From Stellaceae bacterium (GTDB lineage: Bacteria > Pseudomonadota > Alphaproteobacteria > ATCC43930 > CGMCC-115725): a stretch of 51,716 bases of DNA. Positions 28,334 through 37,895 of this stretch are shown here, piece after piece. Each line of letters begins with the position of its first letter. Position 1 is the first letter of the stretch. The position numbers and the translations under genes were made by a program. Under the pieces are notes generated by a model. The model did not search any database, was not told where the DNA came from, and saw nothing but the letters and a program-made list of their open reading frames with translations. The DNA lies in NCBI GenBank assembly GCA_036403035.1, contig DASWRT010000236.1:1-51716 (forward strand), in the 5' to 3' direction.

Positions 28334-29595
28334 TGGCCGGGGATACTCGAAGCAAGACCGGACCCGGACCGGGCACGGCGGCAACGGCGCCCGGTCCGCT
28401 CGCCGGCGTGCGCGTGATCGAAATGGGGTCGTTCATCGCCGGCCCTTACAGTGCCCAGCTGCTGGCCGACCTCGGCGCCGACCTGATCAAGGTCGAAGCG
28501 CCGGGCAGCGGCGATCCGATGCGCGTCTGGGGCGCCCAGGCCGCCAACGGCGCATCGCTCTGGTGGCCGGTGATCGGCCGCAACAAGCGCTCGATCACGC
28601 TCGACCTGCGCCGTCCGGAGGGTCAGGCGCTGGCGCGGCGGCTCGTGCTCGATGCCGACGTGCTGATCGAGAATTTCCGGCCCGGGACGCTGGAGGGGTG
28701 GAACCTCGACCCGGAGGACCTGCGGCGCGAGCGGCCCGGCCTCATCGTCGGCCGCGTCTCCGGGTTCGGACAGACCGGACCGTACCGCGAGCGCGCCGGC
28801 TTCGCCGCCGTCTCCGAGGCGATGGCCGGACTGCGCAACCTCACCGGCTACCCCGACCGGCCGCCGACCCGCGTCGGCCTGTCGATCGGCGACACGCTGG
28901 CCGGGATGTTCTGCGTCATCGGCGTCATCAGCGCGCTCTATGCCCGCGACCGCGGCACGGGCGGCGGCACCGGAGCCGGTCAGACGGTCGACGTCGCGAT
29001 CACCGACAGCGTGCTCGCCGTGCTGGAGAGCGTCATCAGCGAGTTCAGCAGCATCGGCCGCATCCGCGAGCGTACCGGCACCGCGCTCCCCGGCATTGCC
29101 CCGTCTAACCTCTACCCGACGCAGGACGGGTCCTGGGTGGTGATCGGCGCCAATGGCGACGGCCTGTTCCGGCGGCTTGCCGCGGTGATGGGCAAGCCGG
29201 AACTTGCCGACGACGAGCGCTATGCGACGCACCGGGCGCGCGGACGGAATCAGCAGGAGGTCGACGATCTCGTCGCCGACTGGACCCGGACACTGCCGCG
29301 CGATGCGATCCTCAGTCGCCTCGACGAAGCAAAGATCCCCGCCGGACCGGTCAGCACCGCGGCGGACATCGTCGCCAACCCGCATTTCCGCGCCCGCGGG
29401 AGCGTCGTCGACGTCGATGCGGGCGAACTCGGGACGCTCGCGATGCAGGGCGTGGTGCCCCGCCTGTCGGACACGCCCGGCGAGATCCGCTGGACCGGGC
29501 CGGCGCTCGGCGCGCACAACGCCGAGATCTACGGCGGGTTGCTGGGTCTCGATGACGCGGAGATTTCCCGTTTGCAAGCCGAAGGAATTATCTGA
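28333..29595 (+). CDS. family III CoA-transferase (CaiB/BaiF family), copy 1
   Basis: The start overlaps the gntR stop (TGATG). GPLAGVRVIEMGSFIAGPYSAQLLADLGADLIKVE is typical of the family. Confidence 0.9.
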   Translation: MAGDTRSKTGPGPGTAATAPGPLAGVRVIEMGSFIAGPYSAQLLADLGADLIKVEAPGSGDPMRVWGAQAANGASLWWPVIGRNKRSITLDLRRPEGQALARRLVLDADVLIENFRPGTLEGWNLDPEDLRRERPGLIVGRVSGFGQTGPYRERAGFAAVSEAMAGLRNLTGYPDRPPTRVGLSIGDTLAGMFCVIGVISALYARDRGTGGGTGAGQTVDVAITDSVLAVLESVISEFSSIGRIRERTGTALPGIAPSNLYPTQDGSWVVIGANGDGLFRRLAAVMGKPELADDERYATHRARGRNQQEVDDLVADWTRTLPRDAILSRLDEAKIPAGPVSTAADIVANPHFRARGSVVDVDAGELGTLAMQGVVPRLSDTPGEIRWTGPALGAHNAEIYGGLLGLDDAEISRLQAEGII

Positions 29596-30464
29596 TGGCG
29601 AAGCCGCAGCTGGTGGTTTCCGTCGAGAACGGGCCGCGCGCCGCTGAGGCGGTGCATGCCTTGGCGCTCGAGGATGTGACGATCTCATTCGGTTCCGCGC
29701 AGTCCCGAGGCGGCGCGGTCTACACGGCGATCCGCGACGCGACGCTGCGGGTCAAGGACGGAGAGTTCGTCTCGATCGTCGGCCCGACCGGCTGCGGGAA
29801 ATCGACGCTCCTCAACGTCGCGGCCGGGCTGCTGCTGCCGTCGAAGGGCCGGGTCAGCGTCTTCGGACAGAAGCTTCAAGGACTCAACCGGCAGGCCGCC
29901 TACCTCTTCCAGACGGAAGCGCTGATGCCCTGGAAGAACGCTCTCGACAACGTCGCGATCGGCCTCGAGGTCCGCGGCGTGCCGCGCCGCGAAGCGGTCG
30001 GACGCGCTCAGGAATGGCTGGTGCGGGTCGGGCTGGCGCGCTTCGGCGACCGCTACCCGCACCAGATGTCCGGCGGCATGCGGAAGCGCGTGGCGCTCGC
30101 GCAGACGCTGATCCTCGACCCGAAGATCATGTTCATGGACGAGCCGTTCAGCGCGCTCGACGTGCAGACCCGGCAGCTCATGGAGAACGAGCTGCTCGAC
30201 CTCTGGGCGGCCGACCGCAAGTCGGTCCTGTTCGTGACGCACGACCTGGAGGAAGCGATCTCGATGTCCGACCGCGTCGTCCTGCTGTCGGCGGGACCGG
30301 GCGCACGGATCATCGGCGAGTACGCGGTCGACCTGCCGCGCCCGCGGGACGTTTCCGAGATCCGCATGACGCCGGGCTTCCTCGATCTTCACAAGCGCAT
30401 CTGGGCCGACCTCAAGGAGGAGGTCCTGAAGGGCTATGCGCAGCAGCAGAGCCGGAGGGATTGA
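29595..30464 (+). CDS. ABC transporter ATP-binding protein (NitT/TauT family)
   Basis: Walker A is GPTGCGKST, the signature is MSGGMRKR and Walker B is MFMDEP. The start overlaps the upstream stop. Confidence 0.9.
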   Translation: MAKPQLVVSVENGPRAAEAVHALALEDVTISFGSAQSRGGAVYTAIRDATLRVKDGEFVSIVGPTGCGKSTLLNVAAGLLLPSKGRVSVFGQKLQGLNRQAAYLFQTEALMPWKNALDNVAIGLEVRGVPRREAVGRAQEWLVRVGLARFGDRYPHQMSGGMRKRVALAQTLILDPKIMFMDEPFSALDVQTRQLMENELLDLWAADRKSVLFVTHDLEEAISMSDRVVLLSAGPGARIIGEYAVDLPRPRDVSEIRMTPGFLDLHKRIWADLKEEVLKGYAQQQSRRD

Positions 30465-30469
30465 GAAAG

Positions 30470-31306
30470 ATGGCCGTTACCGGAAACTCCCTTGCGATGC
30501 GGCTCCACTCCGACCGCCGGGCGCTGCTCGCTCTGCAGCTCATCGTGCTGGTCGCGTTCTTCGCGCTCTGGTACGTGCTCACGGCGACCAAGATCCTCGA
30601 TCCATTCTTCTTCGGATCGCCGGTCGAAGTCGTGCGGCGCACCATCGACGATTTCGTATCCGGCGCGATCTACCGCCATCTGTGGATCACGCTGCTGGAG
30701 ACGATGCTCGCCTTCTCGATCGGCACGGTCAGCGGGATCATCTTCGGGTTCTGGTTCGCCCGCGCGCCGCTCGTCTCGGCAGTGTTCGATCCGTACATCA
30801 AGGCGGCGAACGCCATCCCCCGCGTCGTGCTGGCGCCGATCTTCGCGCTGTGGCTGGGACTCGGGATCTGGTCGAAGGTCGCGCTCGGCGTCACGCTCGT
30901 GTTCTTCATCGTGTTCTTCAACGTCTACCAGGGCGTCAAGGAGGTCAGCCCGGTCGTGCTGGCCAACGCCCGCATGCTCGGGATGAACGGACGGCAATTG
31001 CTGCGGCACGTCTACCTCCCGTCGGCGCTCTCGTGGGTGTTCTCCAGCCTGCATACGGCGGTCGGCTTCGCCCTGGTCGGCGCGGTGGTCGGCGAATATC
31101 TCGGCGCCTCCGCCGGGCTCGGCTACCGCATCGCGCAGGCAGAGGGCGTGTTCGATACCAACGGCGTGTTCTCCGGCATGCTGATCCTCACCGCCTTCGT
31201 GATCCTGCTCGACGCGCTGGTCAGCGCAATCGAGAAGAAGCTGCTGGTATGGCGGCCGACCACCGCATCGACCACCGTCGCCGCCGCGGCGGGCGCCCAG
31301 GGCTGA
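30470..31306 (+). CDS. ABC transporter permease (NitT/TauT family)
   Basis: An internal ATG sits 5 nt after the ATPase stop. About six hydrophobic helices are present. The long ORF 30014..31306 is an out-of-frame upstream extension. Confidence 0.85.
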   Translation: MAVTGNSLAMRLHSDRRALLALQLIVLVAFFALWYVLTATKILDPFFFGSPVEVVRRTIDDFVSGAIYRHLWITLLETMLAFSIGTVSGIIFGFWFARAPLVSAVFDPYIKAANAIPRVVLAPIFALWLGLGIWSKVALGVTLVFFIVFFNVYQGVKEVSPVVLANARMLGMNGRQLLRHVYLPSALSWVFSSLHTAVGFALVGAVVGEYLGASAGLGYRIAQAEGVFDTNGVFSGMLILTAFVILLDALVSAIEKKLLVWRPTTASTTVAAAAGAQG

Positions 31307-31448
31307 ACGCGCAAGTCCGCCCGCCCCTGCCCTTCCTTCCGCTGCCCCCCGACAGTCGAGCGGCAGCGGCGGGACGGAGCGGCGCCGGGCGGATGCCATG
31401 CGGCGCGGACTACGTCAAGCAATCAACAAACGCTTCAGGGAGAAACGC

Positions 31449-32498
31449 ATGCAGAGGACAGGCTTGACTGCGGCGACCGCTTGCGCGCTCGCGCTGGCGG
31501 CGGCGGTTCCCACGGCGACCGCCGCCGAAGATCTCGCTGTCCGCGACGTCGGCAGCTTCTATGTCGGCGGGCGCGAGGTCGTGCTGTCCGGGCTGCCGTC
31601 GCGGGAGATCAGCTTCACCGCCGGCATGACGCCGCTGAAGGTCGACCCGAACGGCGAGTTCGAGGTCGAGCAGATGTACGTCCAGTACGTGAAGCTCGCC
31701 AAGCCGAAGGCGAAATACCCGCTGCTGCTGTGGCATGGCGGCGGGCTCACCGGCGTCACGTGGGAGACCAAGCCGGACGGGCAGCCGGGCTGGCAGAGCT
31801 ATTTCCTCCACGCGGGGCACGACGTCTATGTCTCGGATGCGGTGGAGCGCGGCCGCGCCTCCTGGGCGCGCTATCCCGAGATCTTCAAGACCGAGCCTTT
31901 CTTCCGGCCGAAGAAGGAGGCATGGGAGCTGTTCCGCATCGGTCCGGCCGACTCTTACCGCCCGAACGCGGCCGAGCGCGTCTCTTTCCCCGGCACGCAG
32001 TTCCCGGTGGCCGCGTTCGACGAGTTCGCGAAGCAGTCGGTGCCGCGCTGGGCGACCAACGACGAGGCGACGCAGAAGGCGTACGACGCTTACGTGCAGA
32101 AAGTCTGCCCGTGCGTGATCATCGTGCACAGCCAGGGCGGCAATTTCGCCTTCAACGCGGCGCTGCACGCGCCCGACAAGGTCAAGGCGGTGGTGGCGAT
32201 CGAGCCGTCGGGGGCTCCCGACCCGGCCAAGGTCGACGTCGCGTCGATGAAGGGCGTCCCCCACCTCTTCGTCTGGGGCGACCATCTCGCCGACTCGGCG
32301 CCGTGGCAGAAATTCATCGGTCCGCCGACGAAGTACCGCGACGCGATCGTCGCGGCCGGCGGCACGGCCGACTGGATCGACCTGCCGAAGCAGGGCATCG
32401 CCGGCAACACGCACATGATGATGATGGACAGGAATTCCGACCAGATCGCGGCGCTGGTCCAGGAATGGTTCGTGAAGCAGGGGCTCGCGACGCCATGA
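31449..32498 (+). CDS. secreted alpha/beta-fold hydrolase (esterase-like)
   Basis: The ATG is preceded by GGGAG. The signal peptide is MQRTGLTAATACALALAAAVPTATA. The nucleophile elbow is VHSQGG. Confidence 0.8.
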   Translation: MQRTGLTAATACALALAAAVPTATAAEDLAVRDVGSFYVGGREVVLSGLPSREISFTAGMTPLKVDPNGEFEVEQMYVQYVKLAKPKAKYPLLLWHGGGLTGVTWETKPDGQPGWQSYFLHAGHDVYVSDAVERGRASWARYPEIFKTEPFFRPKKEAWELFRIGPADSYRPNAAERVSFPGTQFPVAAFDEFAKQSVPRWATNDEATQKAYDAYVQKVCPCVIIVHSQGGNFAFNAALHAPDKVKAVVAIEPSGAPDPAKVDVASMKGVPHLFVWGDHLADSAPWQKFIGPPTKYRDAIVAAGGTADWIDLPKQGIAGNTHMMMMDRNSDQIAALVQEWFVKQGLATP

Positions 32499-32555
32499 GC
32501 TCGGAGCCTGCTCCGGCAGACTCTCAGAACGCAAACAAGCTCAAGGGAGAGAACG

Positions 32556-33599
32556 ATGAGGAAGACCATTGGAAAGATCGCGGCGGCGGCGGCCGTCGTG
32601 GGACTTGCGTTCGGGATGGCTGCGCAACCGGCGGCGGCGCAGAACGCGAAGCCGGAAAAGCCGTCGCTCAAGATGTCGGTCGGCGGCAAGTCGCTGCTCG
32701 TCTATCTGCCGCTGACGATCGCGGAGCGGCTGGGCTACTTCAAGGATGAGGGTCTCGACATCGAGATCAGCGATTTCCAGGGCGGCGCCAAGAGCCTGCA
32801 AGCCCTGATCGGCGGCAGCGTCGACGTGACGACCGGCTTCTACGAACACACGATCCAGATGCAGGCAAAGCACCAGCCGCTCGTCGCGGTCGTGGAAATC
32901 GGCATCTCTCCCGCCATCGTTCTCGCCGTCACCAAGGCGAAGGCCGCGTCCTACAAGGGGCCGCAGGACCTCAAGGGAATGAAGATCGGCGTCACGGCGC
33001 CCGGCTCGGCGACGAACTTCATGGTCAACTACATCCTCCAGCAGAACGGCATGAAGCCGGAGGACGTGTCCTTCATCGGCGTCGGCGGCGGCGCCAGCGC
33101 GGTCGCCGCCGTGAAGCACGGCGACATCGATGCGATCTCGAACATCGATCCGGTGATCAGCCAGCTGGAAAGCACGGGAGACATCAAGGTCGTCGCCGAT
33201 ACGCGGACTCCCGAAGGGACCAAGGCGATCTATGGCGGGCCGTATCCGGCGGCCGTGCTCTACATGCCGCCGGAGTTCGCGAAGCAGAACCCGAACACGA
33301 CGCAGGCGCTGGTCAACGCCTACGTCCGGACGCTGAAGTGGATCCAGCAGAACCCGGCGGAGAAGATCGCCGACGCGATGCCGCCGGAGTACGCGCTCGG
33401 CAACAAGGAACTCTACGTCGAGGCGATCCGCCACTCGATCCCGACCTTTTCCAAGGACGGCCGGCTCACCAAGAGCAGCGGCGAGAACGCGTATAGGGTG
33501 CTCTCCGCCTTCGATCCGTCCGTCGCAGCTGCGAAGATCGACATCGACGCAACGATGGACGAGCGGTTCGTCGACAAGGCGCTCGCCACGATCAAGTGA
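32556..33599 (+). CDS. ABC transporter substrate-binding protein (NMT1/SsuA/TauA-like)
   Basis: RBS is GGGAGAG. The signal peptide is MRKTIGKIAAAAAVVGLAFGMAAQPAAA. The sequence looks like a NitT/TauT-family binding protein. Confidence 0.85.
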   Translation: MRKTIGKIAAAAAVVGLAFGMAAQPAAAQNAKPEKPSLKMSVGGKSLLVYLPLTIAERLGYFKDEGLDIEISDFQGGAKSLQALIGGSVDVTTGFYEHTIQMQAKHQPLVAVVEIGISPAIVLAVTKAKAASYKGPQDLKGMKIGVTAPGSATNFMVNYILQQNGMKPEDVSFIGVGGGASAVAAVKHGDIDAISNIDPVISQLESTGDIKVVADTRTPEGTKAIYGGPYPAAVLYMPPEFAKQNPNTTQALVNAYVRTLKWIQQNPAEKIADAMPPEYALGNKELYVEAIRHSIPTFSKDGRLTKSSGENAYRVLSAFDPSVAAAKIDIDATMDERFVDKALATIK

Positions 33600-33611
33600 T
33601 CCCGACCGGGA

Positions 33612-33640
33612 GGGGCTGACCGCGACCGGCGGTCGGCCCC
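33612..33640 (+). terminator. GC-rich hairpin after the binding-protein gene (terminator-like)
   Basis: ggggctgaccgc (33612-33623) pairs with gcggtcggcccc (33629-33640) at 11 of 12 positions. A second hairpin, gccggca/tgccggc (33653-33671), is followed by a T6 run at 33684-33689. Confidence 0.35.
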
Positions 33641-33950
33641 GGGTCCATACAGCCGGCACTGTTATGCCGGCCGCACTGAAACATTTTTTGCCGAGCGTTA
33701 TTCGAATACTACTCACGATATTTTTGCGATCGCCGGCTTAAGACGCATCGATTTGCTCTGCGAGTCGTATGTCTTATGACCGAAGCGGCCTGGCAACTCC
33801 TCGCAGAAGTTGAGATTTTCTCATGCTCGCATGGAGATAATCCCGTTTGCGTCGGACAAGGGGCAAGGGTTCTCTATAAGGCAAACTGCCCGACTTCCGG
33901 CCCGTCGCCGACGCGTTCTGGCGGTCGCCCACCGATATCGTGAGGTCATA

Positions 33951-35171
33951 ATGCAGGTTGAAAAAAGCGCCGGACCGCTTGCCGGGCTACGCGTCATCGA
34001 GATGGGGTCGTTCATTGCCGGCCCGTTCTGCGCCCAGATCCTCGCGGACATGGGCGCGGAGGTCATCAAGATCGAAACGCCCGGCAGCGGCGATCCGATG
34101 CGGCAGTGGGGCGTCAACCTGAAGGACGGCAAGTCCGTCTGGTGGCCGGTCATCGGGCGCAACAAGAAGAGCGTCACGCTCGACCTGCACACGAGCGACG
34201 GGCAGGACATCGCGCGCCGGCTGATCATGGCGGCGGACATCCTGGTCGAGAATTTCCGGCCGGGCACGCTGGAGCAGTGGAACCTGGGCCCGGAGGAGCT
34301 GCGCCGCGAGCATCCCGCGCTGATCGTGGCGCGCGTCTCCGGCTTCGGCCAGACCGGCCCCTATCGCGAGCGGGCCGGGTTCGGCTCGGTCGCCGAGGCG
34401 ATGGGCGGGCTGCGTACCCTCGCCGGCTTCCCCGACCGCATGCCGCCGCGGGTCGGCATTTCGATCGGCGACTCCCTCGCCGGGCTGTTCGCGGCGCTCG
34501 GGGTCATGGCCTCGCTGCACGCCCGGTCGGCGTCCGGCACGACCGGCGGTCGCGGTCAGGTCGTCGACGTCGCGATCACCGAGTCGGTGATGGCGGTGCT
34601 GGAGAGCGTCATCAGCGAATACAGCGCGACCGGCATCAAGCGGTCGCGGACCGGATCGATCCTTCCGGGGATTGCGCCGTCGAACCTGTATCCGACGAAG
34701 GACGGCGACTGGGTCGTGATCGCGGCGAACGCGGACGGCGTGTTCCGACGCCTCGCCGCCGCGATGGAGCGCCCGGATCTCGCCGCCGATCCGCGCTATG
34801 CGACGCACCGCTCCCGCGGCGTCAGCCAGCTGGAGCTGGACGAGATCATCGCCGAGTGGTCGGCCGCGCTGCCGGCGGCGACGGTCGTCGAGCGGCTCAC
34901 GGCGGCCGGCGTTCCCGCCGGTCCGGTCTACGACGCGGCGGGCGTCGCGCAGGATCCGCATTTCCGCGACCGCGGCGCGGTGATCGACGTCGAGACCGAG
35001 GATTTCGGCGTCCTGACGATGCAGGGCGTGGTCCCGCACTTCTCGGACACGCCGGGCTCCGTCCGCTGGCCGGGCGCCAGCCTGGGCCAGCACAACGAGG
35101 AGGTCTACGGCGAGCTGCTGGGCTTCTCGGCATCCGACATCGCCCGGCTCCGCGAACGCGGCGTGATGTAG
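33951..35171 (+). CDS. family III CoA-transferase (CaiB/BaiF family), copy 2
   Basis: The ATG is preceded by GAGG. GPLAGLRVIEMGSFIAGPFCAQILADMGAEVIKIE. The protein is collinear with copy 1 over its full length. Confidence 0.9.
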   Translation: MQVEKSAGPLAGLRVIEMGSFIAGPFCAQILADMGAEVIKIETPGSGDPMRQWGVNLKDGKSVWWPVIGRNKKSVTLDLHTSDGQDIARRLIMAADILVENFRPGTLEQWNLGPEELRREHPALIVARVSGFGQTGPYRERAGFGSVAEAMGGLRTLAGFPDRMPPRVGISIGDSLAGLFAALGVMASLHARSASGTTGGRGQVVDVAITESVMAVLESVISEYSATGIKRSRTGSILPGIAPSNLYPTKDGDWVVIAANADGVFRRLAAAMERPDLAADPRYATHRSRGVSQLELDEIIAEWSAALPAATVVERLTAAGVPAGPVYDAAGVAQDPHFRDRGAVIDVETEDFGVLTMQGVVPHFSDTPGSVRWPGASLGQHNEEVYGELLGFSASDIARLRERGVM

Positions 35172-35223
35172 CGCGTTCCGCCGAGCACGACGACATGCCG
35201 CAACCGATTGCGTGGAGGAGACG

Positions 35224-36123
35224 ATGACCGCCGGACCGTTCGGGAACCTGCCGCGGCGGGTCCGCATCAGGGACATGACGCTACGCGACGGGCTGCAAAG
35301 CCTGCCGCAGGTGCTGCCGCTCGCGGTGAAGCTGGAATTGTACGAGGCGCTGGCGAAGGCGAACGTCACCGACTTCCAGGTCACCTCGTTCATGAACCCG
35401 GCGCGCGTGCCGCAGCTCGCGGATGCGGAGGCGCTCTGGCAGGCGCTGGAGGGCCGGCCGGGGCACCGCGACGTGCTGATCGCCAACCCGCGCGGTCTCG
35501 ACCGGGCCATCGCGGCGAACGCTCGCGAGGTCGAGACCGTGATATCCGCCAGCGCGGCCTATAACCTCAAGAACACGCACCGGTCGCGCGAGGACTCGAT
35601 GGCCGAGATCGTGGCCATGACCAAGGTCGCGCACGATGCCGGGGTGCAGTTCAGCGCCTCCGTGGCCAACTGCTTCCACTGCTTCTTCGAAGGCCGGATC
35701 GATTCCGGCCTCGCCCTCGACATGATCGGGCGCCTGACCGAACTCGGCATGACGGAGATCGGACTCGCCGACACCACCGGCTATGCGACCCCGGACACGG
35801 TCTACGACCTGTTCGCACGCGCCAAGGCGGCATACCCGACGGTCGCCTTCGGCGCCCACCTCCACGATACGCAGGGGCGCGGGCTGGCGAACGCAGTGGC
35901 CGCGCTCCAGGCCGGCATCGACTGGTTCGACGCGGCGCTGGCCGGGCTCGGCGGCTCGCCGTTCACGCCGGGCGTCGGCGGCAATCTCTCGCTCGAGATG
36001 CTGGTCGACACGCTCGGCGAAATGGGCATTGCGACCGGCATCGATCCGGGCCTCGCGATCGAGGCGGGCAAGGCGGCGGCGCGGCTCGTCGGCAGCGGCG
36101 GGACGACGCCCGCCGCTGCCTGA
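35224..36123 (+). CDS. HMG-CoA lyase-like (DRE-TIM metallolyase) protein
   Basis: The ATG is preceded by GGAGGA. Motifs are DMTLRDGLQS and HLHDTQGRGLAN. The loop reads GLGGSPF where canonical HMG-CoA lyases have GGCPY. Confidence 0.85.
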   Translation: MTAGPFGNLPRRVRIRDMTLRDGLQSLPQVLPLAVKLELYEALAKANVTDFQVTSFMNPARVPQLADAEALWQALEGRPGHRDVLIANPRGLDRAIAANAREVETVISASAAYNLKNTHRSREDSMAEIVAMTKVAHDAGVQFSASVANCFHCFFEGRIDSGLALDMIGRLTELGMTEIGLADTTGYATPDTVYDLFARAKAAYPTVAFGAHLHDTQGRGLANAVAALQAGIDWFDAALAGLGGSPFTPGVGGNLSLEMLVDTLGEMGIATGIDPGLAIEAGKAAARLVGSGGTTPAAA

Positions 36124-36140
36124 CCGCATTGGCGTGGGGG

Positions 36141-36539
36141 TCAGCATGCCGGCGCAGGCGACTGCGTCTCGGGGACGAGCCAGGCCGCCTGAAACCGCTG
36201 CAGGCGCGGGATGAACCAGCGCATCGCGAAGGTCAGGAGCATGCTGACCGTGAGGACGCGGGCGGGCGGGCCGGCCTCGAACTGCGCCATCGTCCGCGCG
36301 ATCCGCTCGAAGCCCTCGCTCAGGTCCGGCAACAGCAGCCGGCCCTCGTCGCTCAACACGATGCCGCGCCCGGTGCGGCGGAACAGCGAGGCCCCGAGCA
36401 CATCCTCCAGTTGCCGGACCTGGTGGCTGACGGCCGATAGCGTGACGCCGATCTCGTCGGCGGCGAGAGCGAAGCTCATGTGGCGTCCGGCGGCCTCGAA
36501 GGCGCGGAGGGAATTCAGCGGCGGCAGGCGTCGGCGCAC
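36141..36539 (-). pseudogene. truncated LysR-family regulator (HTH plus start of effector domain only, 132 aa)
   Basis: LNSLRAFEAAGRHMSFALAADEIGVTLSAVSHQVRQLE is a LysR (GcvA-like) HTH. The frame ends about 170 aa short of a normal LysR. The space where the rest would lie is occupied by the convergent HMGL-like gene. Confidence 0.6.
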
Positions 36540-36726
36540 GGTTCAGGACATGAGCGGTTTTCAACTTGCTGCGGCTGCCGCCGCGATAGGCCGCGCATGC
36601 GGAAAGGCGGAAACCTAGTCTATCGTACGATAGATCGGAGAGCGGTCCCACCACTCATAATGGCAGCGACGCCTGGACGCGCCGCATGCCGCCGGAGGAC
36701 GAGGGGCGTGATGCGATCGTCGCCGG

Positions 36727-37893
36727 TCAGGAAAGTAACGAGGGACGGGCCGCCGCCCCCTGCCCTTGTCGCCCCAGCGGAATGATGGCGTCGCCGGGGA
36801 TCGACAGCAGCACCGGCTGACCGGCGTGGAAGGTTTCGCTGCGCACCTGCACCGTGCGCAGCTCGACACCTTCGACATCGACCACAATCTCCTGCGTGCG
36901 TCCGAGGAAATAGGCGGCGCGCACCGTCCCCTCGAAGAGGTTCTCGGCGCGGTCGCCCTGCCCCGGCGCGAGAATGCGGATCACCTCGGGATGGACGGCC
37001 AGCGTAGCCGCCTCGCCCTCGGCCGCGCCTGCCCATGCCCGCACGGCGAGCGTCAGCCCTCCGACGCGGACCCGGCACCGCGCCGGTGCTGCTGCGGCGG
37101 CATCGGCCGCACTGTCCGTCGCCGCGGCGGCGACGATGCTCCCCTGCAATAGATTGGCGGCGCCGACGAACTGCGCGACGAACTCCGTCCTGGGGCTGCG
37201 ATAGATCTCCTCCGGGGCGCCGATCTGTTCGATCCGCCCCTGCCGCATCACGACGACGCGATCCGACAGGGACATGGCTTCGACCTGATCGTGCGTGACG
37301 AGCACGAAGGTGGCGCCGATCAGCTTGTGGAGCCGGCCGATCTCGCGTCGCAGGTCCTCGCGAAGCGCGACGTCGAGGTTGCTCAGCGGCTCGTCGAGCA
37401 GCACCAAGCGCGGCCGGTATACGAGGGCGCGGGCGAGCGCGACGCGCTGGAGCTGCCCGCCGGAGAGCTGATGCGGGTCGCGGTCGGCGAAGCCGTCGAG
37501 GCGGCAGAGCTGGAGCGTCTCGTCGACACGGCGGCGGATCTCCGCTCCCGGCACCTTGCGCACCCGGAGCGGCAGCTCGATGTTCTTGCGGACCGACATA
37601 TGCGGCCACACGGCATAGCTCTGGAACACCATGCCGATGTCGCGCTTCTCCGGCGCGACGTGGGCGGAGGCCGCGGACAGCACGCTGCCGTCGAGCCGGA
37701 TCTCCCCGGCGTCCGGCCGCACGAAGCCGGCGATCGCCCGCAGCGTCGTCGTCTTGCCGCAGCCGGAAGGGCCGAGCAGCGTGATGAACTCCCCGCGCCC
37801 GATCGCGAGACTGCAATCGGTCAGCGCGACGACGCCGTCGTACTCCTTGCGGAGGCCGTCGAGTTCGAGGAAAGAGGCCTGCTGCGTCGCCAT
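36727..37893 (-). CDS. ABC transporter ATP-binding protein (Fe3+/polyamine PotA/FbpC type)
   Basis: Walker A is GPSGCGKTT, the signature is LSGGQLQR and Walker B is VLLDEP. A C-terminal TOBE-like regulatory domain is present. The start is at the internal ATG (MATQQASFLELDGL). Confidence 0.9.
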   Translation of the reverse strand: MATQQASFLELDGLRKEYDGVVALTDCSLAIGRGEFITLLGPSGCGKTTTLRAIAGFVRPDAGEIRLDGSVLSAASAHVAPEKRDIGMVFQSYAVWPHMSVRKNIELPLRVRKVPGAEIRRRVDETLQLCRLDGFADRDPHQLSGGQLQRVALARALVYRPRLVLLDEPLSNLDVALREDLRREIGRLHKLIGATFVLVTHDQVEAMSLSDRVVVMRQGRIEQIGAPEEIYRSPRTEFVAQFVGAANLLQGSIVAAAATDSAADAAAAAPARCRVRVGGLTLAVRAWAGAAEGEAATLAVHPEVIRILAPGQGDRAENLFEGTVRAAYFLGRTQEIVVDVEGVELRTVQVRSETFHAGQPVLLSIPGDAIIPLGRQGQGAAARPSLLS

Positions 37894-37895
37894 CG

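Noticed and set aside
27853-29688. 611-aa minus-strand ORF opposite GntR and CoA-transferase 1
   Set aside because: A shadow ORF. The plus-strand genes carry clear HTH and CoA-transferase motifs and are translationally coupled.
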